From: the human T2T-CHM13v2.0 reference genome, Homo sapiens | Strand: one strand, 5' to 3' | NCBI RefSeq assembly: GCF_009914755.1 | Contig: NC_060926.1 | DNA length: 64,000 nucleotides | In this document: one piece after another, positions 28,122-43,769 of the stretch | Layout: every line of letters begins with the position of its first letter | Numbering within the stretch: position 1 is the stretch's first letter | Notes under the pieces: model-generated | What the model saw: the letters and a program-made list of their open reading frames with translations, nothing else | What the model was told of the DNA's origin: nothing | The model's database searches: none | Position numbers and translations under genes: made by a program

Positions 28122-28729
28122 GTTTTTTTTATATTAGATTGACAGGGCCTAAAATGTTGCATTGCCAATATAGAAATTTTATTTGAAAATTTATTCTTTT
28201 TTCATATATCTAACTTGTCTATCATTAAGTTTGTGAGAGGATAGGACAAAAAGATGCTAACTAACCTGCATTCAATTACTAAACTAAGTAACAACAAGCC
28301 CTATGTAGAGTATCTTCTGTATTTAGAGAAAGGTTTAAGAAATTTAAGTCCTCTAAAAATTTTGTTAATACAAAAATGTACCGTTTGTGTTGAACTGGAT
28401 CTACAATTTAAGTGAATTAAGAAACAAACTATTAAGAATTATTTTAAAAGGATGGTTGCTTGTCTCTTTTATAAAAGGAAATTCTACCATTACAAATTTG
28501 CCACTCTCTTTGGGACTCTAAAACTTTTATGTTGAGGCATTTTAAGAAAGAGATTTGAGAAATTGATTGAGTTATTCAAATTTTGGTCTGTATCCAGGTA
28601 GATATATATTTATTTGGAGCCATCTATGTGGGGATAATTAGTCATTTAAGTGTTAACAATATTGAAATACGTTTTGGATGCTTGCCTTTGTAATTTGTCA
28701 GGAATTAACATTAGAAGACCTTAAATAAC

Positions 28730-29049
<320 letters not shown>

Positions 29050-29629
29050 CTAGTGGTTAAATGTTGACTTCCAAGTATTTTTACTCTCCTTACACATGCC
29101 ACATGCACATTGTCTAGTGCCACAACATATAATGTTTATATTTTTAGTTTATTCTGTGCTAGTTGTGCTTTTAGTTTAGTAATAGAAATATATTACTTTA
29201 GTTAGATGGATGGAATCTTGTAATGTTTTGTCAGACTGATAGTAAGTACTAAGTATGGGGTATTACAGACAAGAGGAAAAAAAATTTCTGGGAAGAAAGC
29301 CAGACAATGTTTGTGTTTTCCTTTAGAAGTGATTGTTTGGTGGTGGGAAGGGGCTTAGTTTAAAAAAAAAAAATTAGATTGACAGGGCCTAAAATGTTGT
29401 ATGGCCAATGCAGAAATTTTATTTGAAAATTTATTCTCTTTCTTCATATATCTAACTTGTCTATCAAAAGTCTTTTGGGACAGTGTGGACTTTATGATAA
29501 CTTTTGAACAGTGTTACCTTTCATAATGCTTAAAAGCAACCCAGGGCAGCCAAATAGGAAAGGTGACTGCCTCTAGGATGTGTATCAATATAGAAAAGAA
29601 AAGATATCAAAAGACTCAATGTGTAGTAA

Positions 29630-29981
<352 letters not shown>

Positions 29982-32900
29982 TAATACACAAAAGTAATAA
30001 ACAAGACATTGAGATTTTTTTTTAATACTCATAATCTTGCTTCTTAAAAGTTGAAGCAACATAGTTATGAAAAAAACTGTTGGTGATTATGGCCTGTTAA
30101 GTGATTCTATATCCATTGTTATTTAAGGTCATTATGAATTATCAGCTTACCATCTTCTACTGTATTTAAAGCTACTCTAATATATATTGTTAATTTTCTT
30201 CATTAGCTGGTTTTAAATGACCAAATATTGCTTTGATGGAAATGTTTGTGATGAGGTTTTTGTGCTTTGTTTTATTTTTGTTTTTCAAATTTCTCACTCT
30301 TAACATTGCTGGTTCCTCAAAGATGATTTCACATTATCTTCATAGCAAGCAGAAGTGATCCATTTTTACTCTTTCTGTGACAGATTGATGTTTTATTAAA
30401 AAGAGGGCCTGCATCTTCCTAAGTAAAATAAAGCACTAAACAAACCCTTAATGTAGGTAGTGTCTTTTCAGTGTAATTGACACTTTTAGGTTGGTTTTTG
30501 CAGGAACTAGTAGGAACTATTGTGTGCATGTTTGTTTCCTTAATTTTTTTAGAAGCTCTGTTCTGATTTTGAGAATTTACCTTTTATCTCTTATTCTTCT
30601 AAATTTATGCCCGATTTTGTTTTTTTGTGCATTTAAAAAACTAGCCTATAAATTCTGTTGCAAGTATTGGCCTCTAGCTGCAGTCACCATTATCCCTTCT
30701 CCCCGCAAAGAAGAACATCTAATGTTAGAAATCTGTTTTGCACAGCCTAGTTAAAACTTGTATTTACTTGTACCTGTTTTGATGTAATTCATCTTATGAG
30801 TTAGGGCCAGAGAACTGCATGGAACTATTTTAATCTTAAAACCCGGGCATTTGTAGATACTCTACACATTTTGTGGCTGTAGGCAAAAAGAATTTTCTGT
30901 TGTGTGTTAGGTATTTTTGAAGATGCCTAACTTATTCTGGGCAATATACAGTGTATCTTTCATGACAGTAAGACTAAAATATTAGGAAGATAATTAGCAG
31001 TGAAGTGAAGCATAGGATAATTATGTATAGAAGCAAGCTTTGTTTTCTCAGAAGTTTATAAGATAAAACATTTAGAAACAGCTAACTACCCAACCCAATA
31101 AACCAAATCATTTTTATCTTTTAGTTTCTTATGCTTAGGGAAAACAAATAAGGGACTGTGGAAGGCAAAAGCTTCATCTCTGTATTCTAATTTGACAATG
31201 CATTTGATACCTGTGGCCTTTCAGCATAGATATTGTATACCCCTTGTTTTTATTGGGTAGTTAATATAGTGTCCTGAGTTTTGTTCTGTTCCAACAGTTT
31301 ACTCATTGTTTTCTGATTAATCTTTAAAATACTACCTCTATTCTTTTGATGACTTCCAAACCTCTCCTGGCTATACCCAATACTACAGAATATAGAATGC
31401 TGTAGTCCAATGAGGGCAGTCTTGTCAAACACTCTGGTTATTCACAACCCTGTTTATTTGGTCTTCATCTTCCCAACCTCTGTTTAACTTACAGTTCTGT
31501 GTCTCCTTAATAGCCCTGCTTTAGTTTCATTTTCTCTGCAAAGCCCTCTTTTTTCTTACTATTCTAGGCCTTGTGAATTGTTGATTTAGTGCAAATGTAA
31601 CTGAATTCCTATACTGTGCTAGGCACTGATGATACTTCATCTGCATATGTCCAGTATTAAGCAAAGTTTTCTCTAAAAAAAAATTTCTAAAAAAAAGTCA
31701 TCTTATATTTGAGTCCTTAAAAAGTTTTTCATATTTTGAGCTCTCTCTCAATTATTTTATTTTGAATAGAAGTATAGTATTTGGAGAATATAGAAGAGCT
31801 TGAAATGATGTCAGTCAGTACTTGTTTTAAAAGTCTGTAGAGGTTTCCTGAGGGAATAGATAAAAGGGTATAGTAAAAAGTTTAAACAAATTAGAAATTA
31901 TTTGTGGGCAGGGAGTTATACTCTTATAAGTTGTTGTGAAAAAAGCCTTTACAATCACTTTTAAAAGAGATATGTAAGCAGTTACATTGTGAAGATCATA
32001 GTATGTACTTGTAGCACAATTAAAAAACCAACCATCTTAGAATCATGTGAATGGATATTTGTGGCTTGGAAAAACATTTTCAATGATGGTATTATGACTT
32101 CTAAAAGTATTGTTTCTCAGAACAACTTAAATGGAAGTAAAGATTATTCACTTCATGATACTTACAGGTCACTCAAAAAGAAAGTAACGAGATGATACTT
32201 GGTGAAGATGTAGGTAAAGTTTGAATAAAGTTATTTTGTAAAATTTATGTGCTTTGTGATTTTAAAACATTCATAAGACTAAATTAATAAAAGTATATAT
32301 TGGACTGTATGATGTACATGGAAAGGTTTGTATATTTCAAATTGGTAAAAATTTAAAAAAAGAACTTTTTATTGGGGAAAATTGGGAAATCCTTTGTGTT
32401 GAGATTTGCCTGGTACTCATTTATTTATGGTAGCTTGCAAGTTTCTGGGCAGTAGGATGATTATTAAGCATAGTCAGAGACTGTTAAATAATACCTACTG
32501 AACTAATAAAATTTTGTATACATTTACTGATTGATGCCATGAAAGATTGTACTATACCAGAATTTTCCAAGTACCTAAAATCATTCTTTTGTATAGTATT
32601 CTTGATACTTAAAAAAAACTATACTGTAAGATGTTTTGGATTAAAACCATCATTCAATTTAATCCATCTTCTATAGCTGATTCTTTGGACTTGTGGTTTG
32701 TCCCCAGAGTGGCAGGAGCAATGACACGTGAAAGGGAAACAAGAATTGCTTTTTAAGTTGGATTTATTACATTTGAAACTTCATTAACTCTTCCCAGAGG
32801 ACTAAGTTGCCTGTGGTAGGCACAAGTTTAGGAAAGAGATTGTTTCATACCTCTTTATACTGTTTCTCAATGACTTTTTGATGATTTCAGACAGCATTAG

Positions 32901-33357
32901 AATGTTTTTCCAGAAATTCCTCAAATTTGTAAGTTCCCGAAACAGTTCTTATTTTTCTGCTTAACATTGGTTGCATACATAGGAGAATTGTGATAGGTAA
33001 GCTAGTCACAGGACTATGAAAGATATTGTCATCTTAATCAGAAAAAAGTGTAGTGAAATTGATAATTGTAAAAGATTTACATTTCATCCACCTGTTTCAA
33101 AGAGTAGAGGGAAATCAGTAGTAGTTGAGTTTTTATTCAGTTATAATTTGTTTTTGCATTTTATCATTCATTAAGTACTGTTTGTGTTAAGAACTCAAGT
33201 AAGATGGATAGTCTTAGACCCTAGTGGCATCTTTTTTTTTTTTTTTTGGGACGTTTGTTTTACATTGATTTAATTCAAAGCTGCAGACCCCAAAAACTCC
33301 TTAATGCCAATGATAAAATTGTTAGGTATTTCATCATATTGAGAATGACACATTCTA

Positions 33358-33685
<328 letters not shown>

Positions 33686-34054
33686 GTTTAAAGAAGGGAA
33701 ACTAGTGAAAATGTGATTAAAGAATGTAATAGATGGAACAGTTTGGGAAAAAAAGAACTCTTTAATTTTATATTAAGCTACATCCAGATATTTTTTGATT
33801 GACTACATCTATTTGTCAATTTACCAAATATTAATTGAATGCCTTCTGAGTTTCAAGAATTGTGCTAGATATTAGGGATTCAGTCATGAAAATATTACAC
33901 TATTTGCTTGCAAGAAGCTGACAGTCTGGTGAAGGACATTCCATTCTATCACCACCTTCTATCTTCTTTCTAAATAAAGACGTGTCAGTTTAGGCCATTC
34001 TAACTCATATATCTTCTCTGGTCCTTAAATCAGGTATCTATCATTATTTTTATA

Positions 34055-34212
34055 AAAATTAATTTTTTAATTGACAAATAATTGCATATATTTATTATCA
34101 ACATGGTTTGAAATATGTATATGTTGTGGGATGGCTAAATCAAACAAATTAACATATCTATTACCTCACATATGCAGTACTTATTTTTTATGGTGAGAAC
34201 ACTTAAAATCTA
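34055..34212 (-). mobile_element. L1MA-type 3' end
   Basis: ttaattgacaaataattg..aattaacata..ttacctcaca..tggtgagaacacttaaaatcta. Confidence 0.85.
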
Positions 34213-34499
34213 ACCCCAATGGAATTCTGACATGTAGAAGAACGTATATAGACAACTGATTTAAAAATCAGTGAGTAAATATAAAACAATTACATTGGAT
34301 TGCAAGAAGTGTGCACTTTGGGAGAAGGAGGAGTCCTGATTAAAAGATTTTTAAGATTTTATTATGCATACCTTGAGAAAACTTGGAAATTGTCACCATA
34401 TGAGAGGTTTTTCTGGGAGGCTTTCTACAAGAGCTGGGCTTTCTGGAACTACTGGGATAATAGAGTGAGGACATTCAAAATGTATTTGCCTGAACCATG

Positions 34500-35835
34500 T
34501 CTGATTGCTCCAGCTCCATTTGTTGGAAAAGCTATTCCTTTTCCATTGAATTGCCTTTGCTTATTTGTCAAAAACGAATTAGACGTGTTTGTATGTAGAT
34601 CTCTTTCTGGGTCCTATATCTTTTTCACTGATGTATGTTTCTGTCCCTCTGTCAGTACCTTGCTGTCTTTATTATTGCAGTTACATTTTAAGCCTTAACG
34701 TCAGGAAAGCGGGTGGTGATTTCTCCCACTTTATTATTATTTTTCAAAAAAGTTTAGAATATACTTGTTTACAGTGAAACTTGCTGAGATTTTGATATGA
34801 ATTGCATTACACCTATCCATCAATTTAGGGAGAATTGACATCTTTATGTTCAATCTTCCAATCCATGAACAGTTTGTCTTTCCAAATGTTTAGGTTTTAT
34901 TTGATTTCTTTCATCAGCATTTTAAAATTTTAATCATAGGGATCCTATACATGTTTTGTTAAATTATACCTAAGTGTTTTATTTTTCTTCAGAGCAACCG
35001 TAACTGGTGTTGCATTTTTAATTTTAGTTTCACTTGTTCATTGTCACCAAATAGAAATGCAATTGATTTTTGTGTTTCGTTCATCTATCCTGTGACCTTA
35101 CTTAATTCGCTTATTAGTTCGGGGGCTGCTGCTGCTGCTGCTTCTTTTTTTTTTTTTTTTAAAGATTCCTTCGGAATTCCTCCGTATACCAGCATGTCAT
35201 CTGCAAATAGAGGGAGTTTTATTTCTTCCTTTCTAGACAGTATGCCCTTAAGTTCTTTTCCTTGCCTTATTGCAGTAGTTACAACTTTCAGTACTGTGTT
35301 TCAGTACTGTGTTAGAGTGTTGAGAGTGAAATTGTTGACTTGTTTCTGAGCTCAGCAAAAACATTTGTTGTTTCACTGTTAAGTATGACATCAACTGTAG
35401 GTTTTTTGGTAGGTGCTTTTTATGACATTGAGTAAGTTCCCTTCTATTCCTAGTGTACTGATAGTTTTTTTTTTATTGTGAATAGTATTCAATTTTATCT
35501 AATGCTTTTTCTGCAACCACCGATATGACCATATGATTTTTCACTTTTAGTCTGTTGATTTGTTAGATTGTGTGATTGATTTTTGAATCTTGAGACAGCC
35601 ATGTATGTCTGGAGCAGATCCCACTTTGCTGTGATGTAATACTTTTAAAAAATATATTGTTGGATTCTCTTTGCTAAAATTTTGTTGAGGACTTTTGCAC
35701 CTAAGTTAATGAGAGATACCGGTCTGTGTTTTTCTTTTTGGGCTTTGTTTTTGATATCGAGATGATACTGGTCTCATAAAATGAGTTGGGAAGTCTCTTT
35801 TGTTTCTGGAAGAGGTTGTATAAAATTGGTGTTGA
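34500..35835 (-). mobile_element. L1M ORF2 fragment
   Basis: ttccattgaattgcc, gggagaattgacatc, tatagaaatgcaattgattt-like, catgtcatctgcaaatagag, aatgagttgggaagt L1 hallmarks. Confidence 0.9.
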
Positions 35836-35925
35836 TATATTAATCATGTTTTTAAAAAACAAAACTTGAATTGTCCTCAGATACAGTTGCTTGAGGTGAA
35901 AATTTTCTCATAGAAGTAGACTTTT

Positions 35926-36290
<365 letters not shown>

Positions 36291-36804
36291 TTAATGGTAG
36301 GAAGAATGAAGCAGTCAGTACTAGTCAGTAAACCATAAGCAGTACTTTGAATATAGAACTATTATATAAATTAACTCATACTAGATTATGTGATTAGACT
36401 TACTGATTTACTGTAAACTGAGTGTGAATTATGGTTCTGGAAAAGAATTTGGAAATTGAATCAATCTGCTTGATTTTACAGATGCGGAAACAAGGTAGTG
36501 AGGGGTTTGGTACCTTGTCCAAGGTCACAGTTTGTGAAACAGATTCCAGATTCAGGCCAACTCTATTAAGCCAGTGGGTTTTACATAGGGAGGAACATTA
36601 GATTACCAGTGGGTCTTTGCAGAAAAACAAAAACAACAACAAACCCCACACATGTGCATATACTATATTCTGTATACATTAGAAGTAGCAGCCCTTCTTC
36701 TATAGAATACAGGTGAGACAGATTACCAGAGGAGTTTGCAGTATGTCAGTTCATGCTATTTTTTCTTCCGTAGTTGAGAGGAAGTCCATGGCACCATTAG
36801 TATA

Positions 36805-36905
36805 GTGTGTGTGTGTGTGTGTGTGTGTGTATACACACATACATGTACTCTTTATATATAGTAGCATGTATATATATAGTGTATGTATGTGTTTATTTAT
36901 ATATA
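36805..36905 (+). repeat. (TG)12 plus TA/CA purine-pyrimidine alternating tract
   Basis: Read directly. Confidence 0.95.
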
Positions 36906-37898
36906 TTCTCAAAATAAACTTTTCAGCTCCCCATTCCCAGGACCTACATAATGGCACTCAGACATATGAATGTGAGAAAATATAGAGGGGATTCTGATGC
37001 ACATCATTGGTTAAGAACTGCTGTACTAAACCCTGCACGCAAACCTTTTATACTTATTTATTTCTTTTGAAAATGTCAGTAGTAACTATTTAGAGTTACT
37101 TTGATAGAATAAACCTATGGGTAGAGATTTAAAGTTTCAGAAAATTTTAAATTGGGAGATGTCGTTAAAACTTAATATACATAAATAACCATGCCATCCT
37201 TTTTAGAACTACACCTTTAAAGTTGTAATGTAAGCTTAAGAATATAAAAATACATATAATTTACTTATTTTTATAATCATGATGTTACTATATTGAGTTT
37301 TTTTAGAGACTTGATGGGATAGAGACTGATTGCAGAATCAGCTTGAGGAGGGGTGGGAAAATTGTCACAGCATTCCCCGTAAGCCATTTTCTTTCTACTT
37401 ATGAAAAATACCACTCTAGTTTAGATCTAGAAAACCATCCTTAATCCTATCTACCTTAAAAAATGGTGGAAATATCTTTTTAATAAATAAAATGGCCCTT
37501 TGTTTATCTTTTTTCTAGACTAGGATGGCAAATACAAGACACTAATGCTGCTCCCCTTCCCTTCCAATACTATGAAATCCTCTCTAAAAATATCCTCAAA
37601 ATCTTTCTTGGTATAGTGCCCTAGGCAGCCATTACTAACGCTGATTGGAATTGACTCCGAAGGTAAAACCTATTTGGCACTTTTGCTCTAGGCAGTGTTC
37701 AATTTTTTTGTCAGTTTTGTTTAGTTTTTGGGGTGTTCCTATGCCTGAGTGGGATTCTTCTTTTGGAAATTGGAAATAGTTGCATAGTGGTTTTTAACAT
37801 GAATTAAATAGGTGATAATTCACAGAGCCCCCTTTCCCAACAAAATAAACAAAAGGTAGGTTAGACGGACTATTGGGATTAGGATGTTGTTTTAAGCT

Positions 37899-38263
37899 AG
37901 GAGGTGGCAGACCGCACAACCTATGGGCCAAATCCATCTTGGAGCTAAGAATGATTTTTATATTTTTAGATGGTAGCAAAAAAAAAAAAATCCAAAAAAA
38001 GAATAGTATTTTGTGAGTTGTAAAAACTACCAAAAAAATCCAAAAAAAGAATAATATTTTGTGAGTTGTAAAAACTACATGAAATCCAATTTTCAGTGTC
38101 CATAAATAAAGTTTTAATGCAACATAATCATGTTCATTCATGTATTGTCTATGGATGCTTTTATGCTACAAGGGCAGAGTTAAGTAGTTGTGACAGACCA
38201 CATGGCCTGTAAAGCCTGAAATATTTACTGTCTGAATCTTTACATAAAAAAATTGCCATTCCT
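37899..38263. mobile_element. MER58B-like hAT MITE with internal tandem duplication
   Basis: gggccaaatcc..gagctaagaatgattttta...tggcctgtaaagcctgaaatatttact. Confidence 0.88.
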
Positions 38264-38406
38264 GTTTTAAGATAACAGTGGGGGCATTGAATATTGCTTT
38301 TGTATTATTTGGTAAAGGAGGAAACTTACCTTGCTCATATTTTCAACATGTTTCTGAAAATAATTTAGAAAGTGCCTATTGTTTGCATACAGATAAGTGG
38401 TGGTAG

Positions 38407-38731
<325 letters not shown>

Positions 38732-39344
38732 CATTCTTTTATACACGGTTGAGATGGAGTTACCAGAACATAGTTTGCACTGTCAGTTCATGCTATAATT
38801 TCTTCCACAGTTGAGAGGAAGTCCATGGCACCATTACTGCCCACAAATACTGGCAACTTATAACTACATCTCTGTGCTAGTATATTGTAGAACCACTGTT
38901 CTCAAACTTTTTAGTCTCAGGACTTCTTTAGAGCTCTTAAAAATTAAAGACCCCAAAACTTTTTTAAAATAGTAATATATATCAATATTTACCATATCAA
39001 AAATTAAAGAAAATGTTTAAATATTAACTTATTTAAAATAGCAATAATAATCCATTATGTGTTAGTAAAGAACAAGTTTTTATGAAAAATATTTTCCAAA
39101 ACAAAAAATTAGTAAAATTACAGTCTCTTAATGATTGTTGTAGTAGAAGAAAACTGGATTATTGTATCTGTTTCTCCGTTCAGTTTTTGTGATATGTTAT
39201 TTTGATTGAAGCATATGAAGGAAATCTGGTCATACACAGATACATAGTTAGAAAAAAAGGAATAGTATTTTAATAATTTTTTTTTTTGGTGTGACTGTTT
39301 TTCTTTGATATCATACCATAACTCAAGATATGGTAGTTTCTTTT

Positions 39345-40825
39345 CTATTGTTTTTTTTGAAGTCAGTTTTATTTACATAGAATAAAATGTGCTTTTTTAG
39401 ATATGCAATTCCATAAGTTTTGATTAGAATATATGAACCATACATATTATACAATCATAATACACCCTAGTCAAGGCGTGGTGTTCCTATTTCCTTCATC
39501 CCACAAAGTTTCCTCATGCCCTTTTGTAATCACCTCCTTTTCCCTCACTCCCAGCTTCTGGCAATCTCTGAGCTGATTTCTGTCTGCCTTTTCCAGAATA
39601 TTATGTAAATGGAATCATACGGGACAGCCTTTTGAGTCTGTCTGCTTTCACTTAGCATAATGTTTGAGATTCATCCATTTTGTTGTAGGTATCACTAGTT
39701 CATTCCTTTTTTATTGTATGGATATTTGCTTCTCCATTCACCATTGATGGACATAGGAGTGTTTTTAGTTTTCAGAGATTATCAATAAAGCCACTCTGAA
39801 CAGTCATCTACAGATTTTTACATGGACTTATGTTTTTATCTCACGTAGATACCTACACATGTGATTGCTGGGTAGTATGGCTGGTGTATGTTTTAACTTT
39901 AAGAAGCTGTAAAGCTGTTTTCCAAAGTGACTGGGCCATTTTGCTCTACCACCATCAATATGTGAAAGTTCTAGTTGCTCACATTTTCAGCAATACTTGA
40001 TATTGTCCGTTTGTGTTTTTGTTTTGTTTTAGCCATTCTAATTAGTGTTAGTATTTCATTGTAGTTTTAGTTTGCATTTCCCTGATGATTGATAATATTG
40101 GGTAGCTTTTTTCAAAAAAAATTTTTATTCTTTGCTCTTTGGCAAAGGACCTATTTGAATCTTTTGCCCATTTAAATAATTGGACAGTGTTTTTTCCTAT
40201 GATTGACTTGTAAGAGGCCGTTATATTTTCTGAGCATCAGTCCTTTTTTAGAAATGTGTTTTGCAAGTATTTTCTTCCAGTCTGTGACTTTTTTCATCCC
40301 CTTAGCCTTCAAAGAGTAGAAGTTTTCATTTTAGTGAGGTTCAGTTTATCAGTTCTGTCTTTTTTGTAGGTCATATGTGTTGTTCTAAGAAATCTTTCGT
40401 AATTCAGGGTCACAAAGATTTTTCATGTTTTCTTTTGGAAGTTTAATAGTTTCAGGTATTATTTTAGGTCTATGATATGTTTAGAATTAATTTTTGTATA
40501 TGGCGTGATATATGGATTGAAGTTGTTTGTTTTTTCTTTTTGTGTATGGATATTCAATTGCTCCAGCATCTGTGGTTGCTACGACTATCGTTTTTCTATT
40601 GAATTGCCTTGACATCTTTTCTCTACATCAGTTGACCATTTATATGTGGGTCTATTTCTGGGTTCTCTGTTCTGTCCCATTGATACATGTTTCTGTCTTT
40701 TCACTATAACCATACTGTTTTTATTGCTGAAGTTTTATAGTAAGTCTTAAAATCAGTTAGTATGAATTCTCCTTTGTACTTCTTTTTCAGAATTATTTTG
40801 GGTATTCCAGTTTCCTTGTTTTTCA
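39345..40825 (-). mobile_element. L1MB/ME-type 3' fragment
   Basis: gtaaatggaatcatac, tttcacttagcataatg, gattgctggg, tttgcatttccctgatga, ccattgatac L1 3' hallmarks. Confidence 0.9.
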
Positions 40826-41355
40826 AATAGACAAGACATAATTTTGTAAATGCTAGTTGCAGTGGGGAAGCTGAAACCATTGATGAACTTTTTGTCTTTT
40901 GTAACATTAAAGTCTGCTTTGTCATGCACATTGAGTGGATTTTTTTTTAACCCATGAATACTTTTGTAATATCACAATTCATTTGGAAAATATTGGTTCT
41001 CTGAATTATGTAGACTTTCTAAATACTGTCACATTTCATTATTCAATATTTAAAAGTCACATTTATTGATATCACCACTGATCTCATCAGAAAATTCTTT
41101 TGACTATTGGAAAGGTTGACACCATCACCTATTGCTGATGGTAGTAGATAAAAATTTTCAAAATTTTTATTTTTTGCTTGAAAACTTAAATTTTATCATT
41201 GGAAACGCATACTTGTTAGTTGCCTTTCTTGAAGTCACAGGTTCACTTGGTTTACTTTTGAGAACATGCCTGTCAGATACCCAAGTCTAAATAGCCATAG
41301 GTTGTTAGTTTACAACTCAGTCATACGTGGGCTTTTTCTTGAGGCAACCATTGTA

Positions 41356-42395
41356 CAGTTGATCCTTGAATAACAAGGGTCTTAATTGTGTCAGTCTACA
41401 CATATGTGGATTTTTTTCAATAAGTATGTTGGAAAAGGCTTTGGAGATTTGGGACAATTTGAAAAAACTCACAAATGAACTTTTTAGCCTAGAAATATTG
41501 AAAAAATTAAGAAAAGATATATGTCATGAATGCATAAAATATATGTACAAACCAGTCTTTTATTATTTGCTACCATAAAATATACGCACATCTATTATAA
41601 AAAGTTAAAATTTATCAAAACTTACATACACACTTACAGACCATACATGGCACAGTTTGCAGTTGAGAGAAATGTAAACAAATGTAAAGATACAGTATTA
41701 AATTATAATTGCATAAAATTAACTATAGTACATAGTGCACTACTGTAATAATTTCATAGCCACCTCCTGTTGCTATTGCGGTGAGCTCAAGTGTTGCAAA
41801 TATCTACTTACAACACCATATGATGCTAATCATCTCAGCTTGAGCAGTTTGTCTCTCCAGTAAATTGTATATCACAGTAAAAAGTGATCTCTTGTGGTTC
41901 TAGCATATTTTTCATTGTGTTTAGTGCAATGCCGTGAACCTTGAATAACACCTTGGGACCCATACAAAGTGCCACTCTTGGTACTGGAATTGCTCCTGAG
42001 AAGAGAAAAGTCTTGACATTACAAGAAAAAGTGGAATTGTTTGATACATACCATAGATTGAGGTCTGCCGTTGTGGTTGCCATTTATGATTTATTTTGTG
42101 AACAGAAGGTGTAAACTTACAGTATCGATAAATACAGTTCAGTACTGTAAATGTATTTTCTGTTCCTTATTTTTAAAATAATATTGTCTTTTCTTTAGCT
42201 TACTTTAGTGTAAGAATTTAGTATATAATATGTATAACATAGAAAATATGTGTTAATCGACTGTTGATGCTATTGGTAAAGCTTCTGGTTAACAGTAGTC
42301 TATTGGGAAAGTTTTTGGGGAGTCAAAAGTTACACACTGATTTTTGTTTGTGCAAAGCCAGTGATCCTTACCCCTGAGTTGTTAGGGGTCAACTG
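41356..42395 (+). mobile_element. Tigger2b-like internally deleted TcMar element
   Basis: TA-cagttgatccttgaataac...gttgttaggggtcaactg-TA; transposase N-terminal remnant PEKRKVLTLQEKVELFDTYHRLRSA at ~41995-42070. Confidence 0.9.
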
Positions 42396-42762
42396 TAGTC
42401 ACTATGCAGCAGAGTTATGTTTGCTTAGTTTTTGTCCCACACAATATTAAAAAGTAGTCTACTCAAGGGCCAAGGTTTCATAAAATTAACAATTTCTGTG
42501 GCTTTTCATCAAGGACATTCTCAAGTGAAGTGAAACTAGTGGTGTTCAGAGAAATACTGTGATATATATGGTTATTTCCTATTATAATGGCTATTTTTAT
42601 ATTTAAAGTACAGGGATTAACCTGGAAACCTAAACCCAAAGTTATAAGTGGGAAGACGGTGAATTACTGACACTTTAGGAATACCTAAAGTTGCTATCTT
42701 GGGAAACAGTCTTTTATTTTAACAGATAATGTGGTTATATTATTGTTTTTATTATCTTATAG

Positions 42763-42970
42763 GTGCTATACTTGGTAGATCAGAAACTCAGGAGTGTCTT
42801 TTCTTTAATGCTAATTGGGAAAAAGACAGAACCAATCAAACTGGTGTTGAACCGTGTTATGGTGACAAAGATAAACGGCGGCATTGTTTTGCTACCTGGA
42901 AGAATATTTCTGGTTCCATTGAAATAGTGAAACAAGGTTGTTGGCTGGATGATATCAACTGCTATGACAG
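42763..42970 (+). CDS. ACVR2A: ACVR2A coding exon 2 (208 nt): end of signal peptide and most of the activin-binding ectodomain
   Basis: Acceptor ttatcttatag|GT, donor ACAG|gtaaga; reads (G)[69 protein letters not shown], recognised as ActRIIA; starts phase 1, ends phase 2. Confidence 0.99.
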
Positions 42971-43399
42971 GTAAGAACACATTTAAGATTTTATGGTAGT
43001 ATTGAGTAATTTTCACACTTCCCCTCTTTTTGAAAGGGGAAAGATCAGTGCATAAATTTTCACTTAAATGTTTCTTGCTTTTTAAAAAATGGGATTATAA
43101 AGAACATTATAACATGCTGTAATGACAGTATATTTTAAAGTAATAAACATGGCATATATATGTTTTATCTTTGATATATTTTGAATAATCTACCCAGTAG
43201 TGAGAACTCTGAAATAAAAACCATTTTCCCCAATATTGTTACGATTATAAACTTTTAAAATGCCAGTTTTAAGGAAAACATTTAAAAAATTACTTTAAAA
43301 GAGTATATCTGTTGAAAATCTGTCCTCAAGAAGAATAAAACTTAATCATGTGTTTAATTTTCTTTCAGTTTCCTTCTTTATGTATCTGGAAGAAATTGA

Positions 43400-43769
<370 letters not shown>

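Larger units (their letters stand above)
38894..42540. mobile_element. Charlie1-like hAT element split in three by L1 and Tigger insertions
   Basis: Terminus gttctcaaactttttagtctcaggac...; resumes near 40835 and again at 42398 (tactcaaggg..atcaaggacattct). Confidence 0.75.

Noticed and set aside
34300-34698. 132-aa ORF with TTG start
   Set aside because: Runs into antisense L1M sequence; no recognisable domain.
35125-35160. (GCT)5 followed by a T run, poly-Ala in ORF 35041
   Set aside because: Short simple repeat inside an L1 fossil; non-coding.
42780-43016. 78-aa antisense ORF over exon 2
   Set aside because: Shadow of the coding exon; no independent support.
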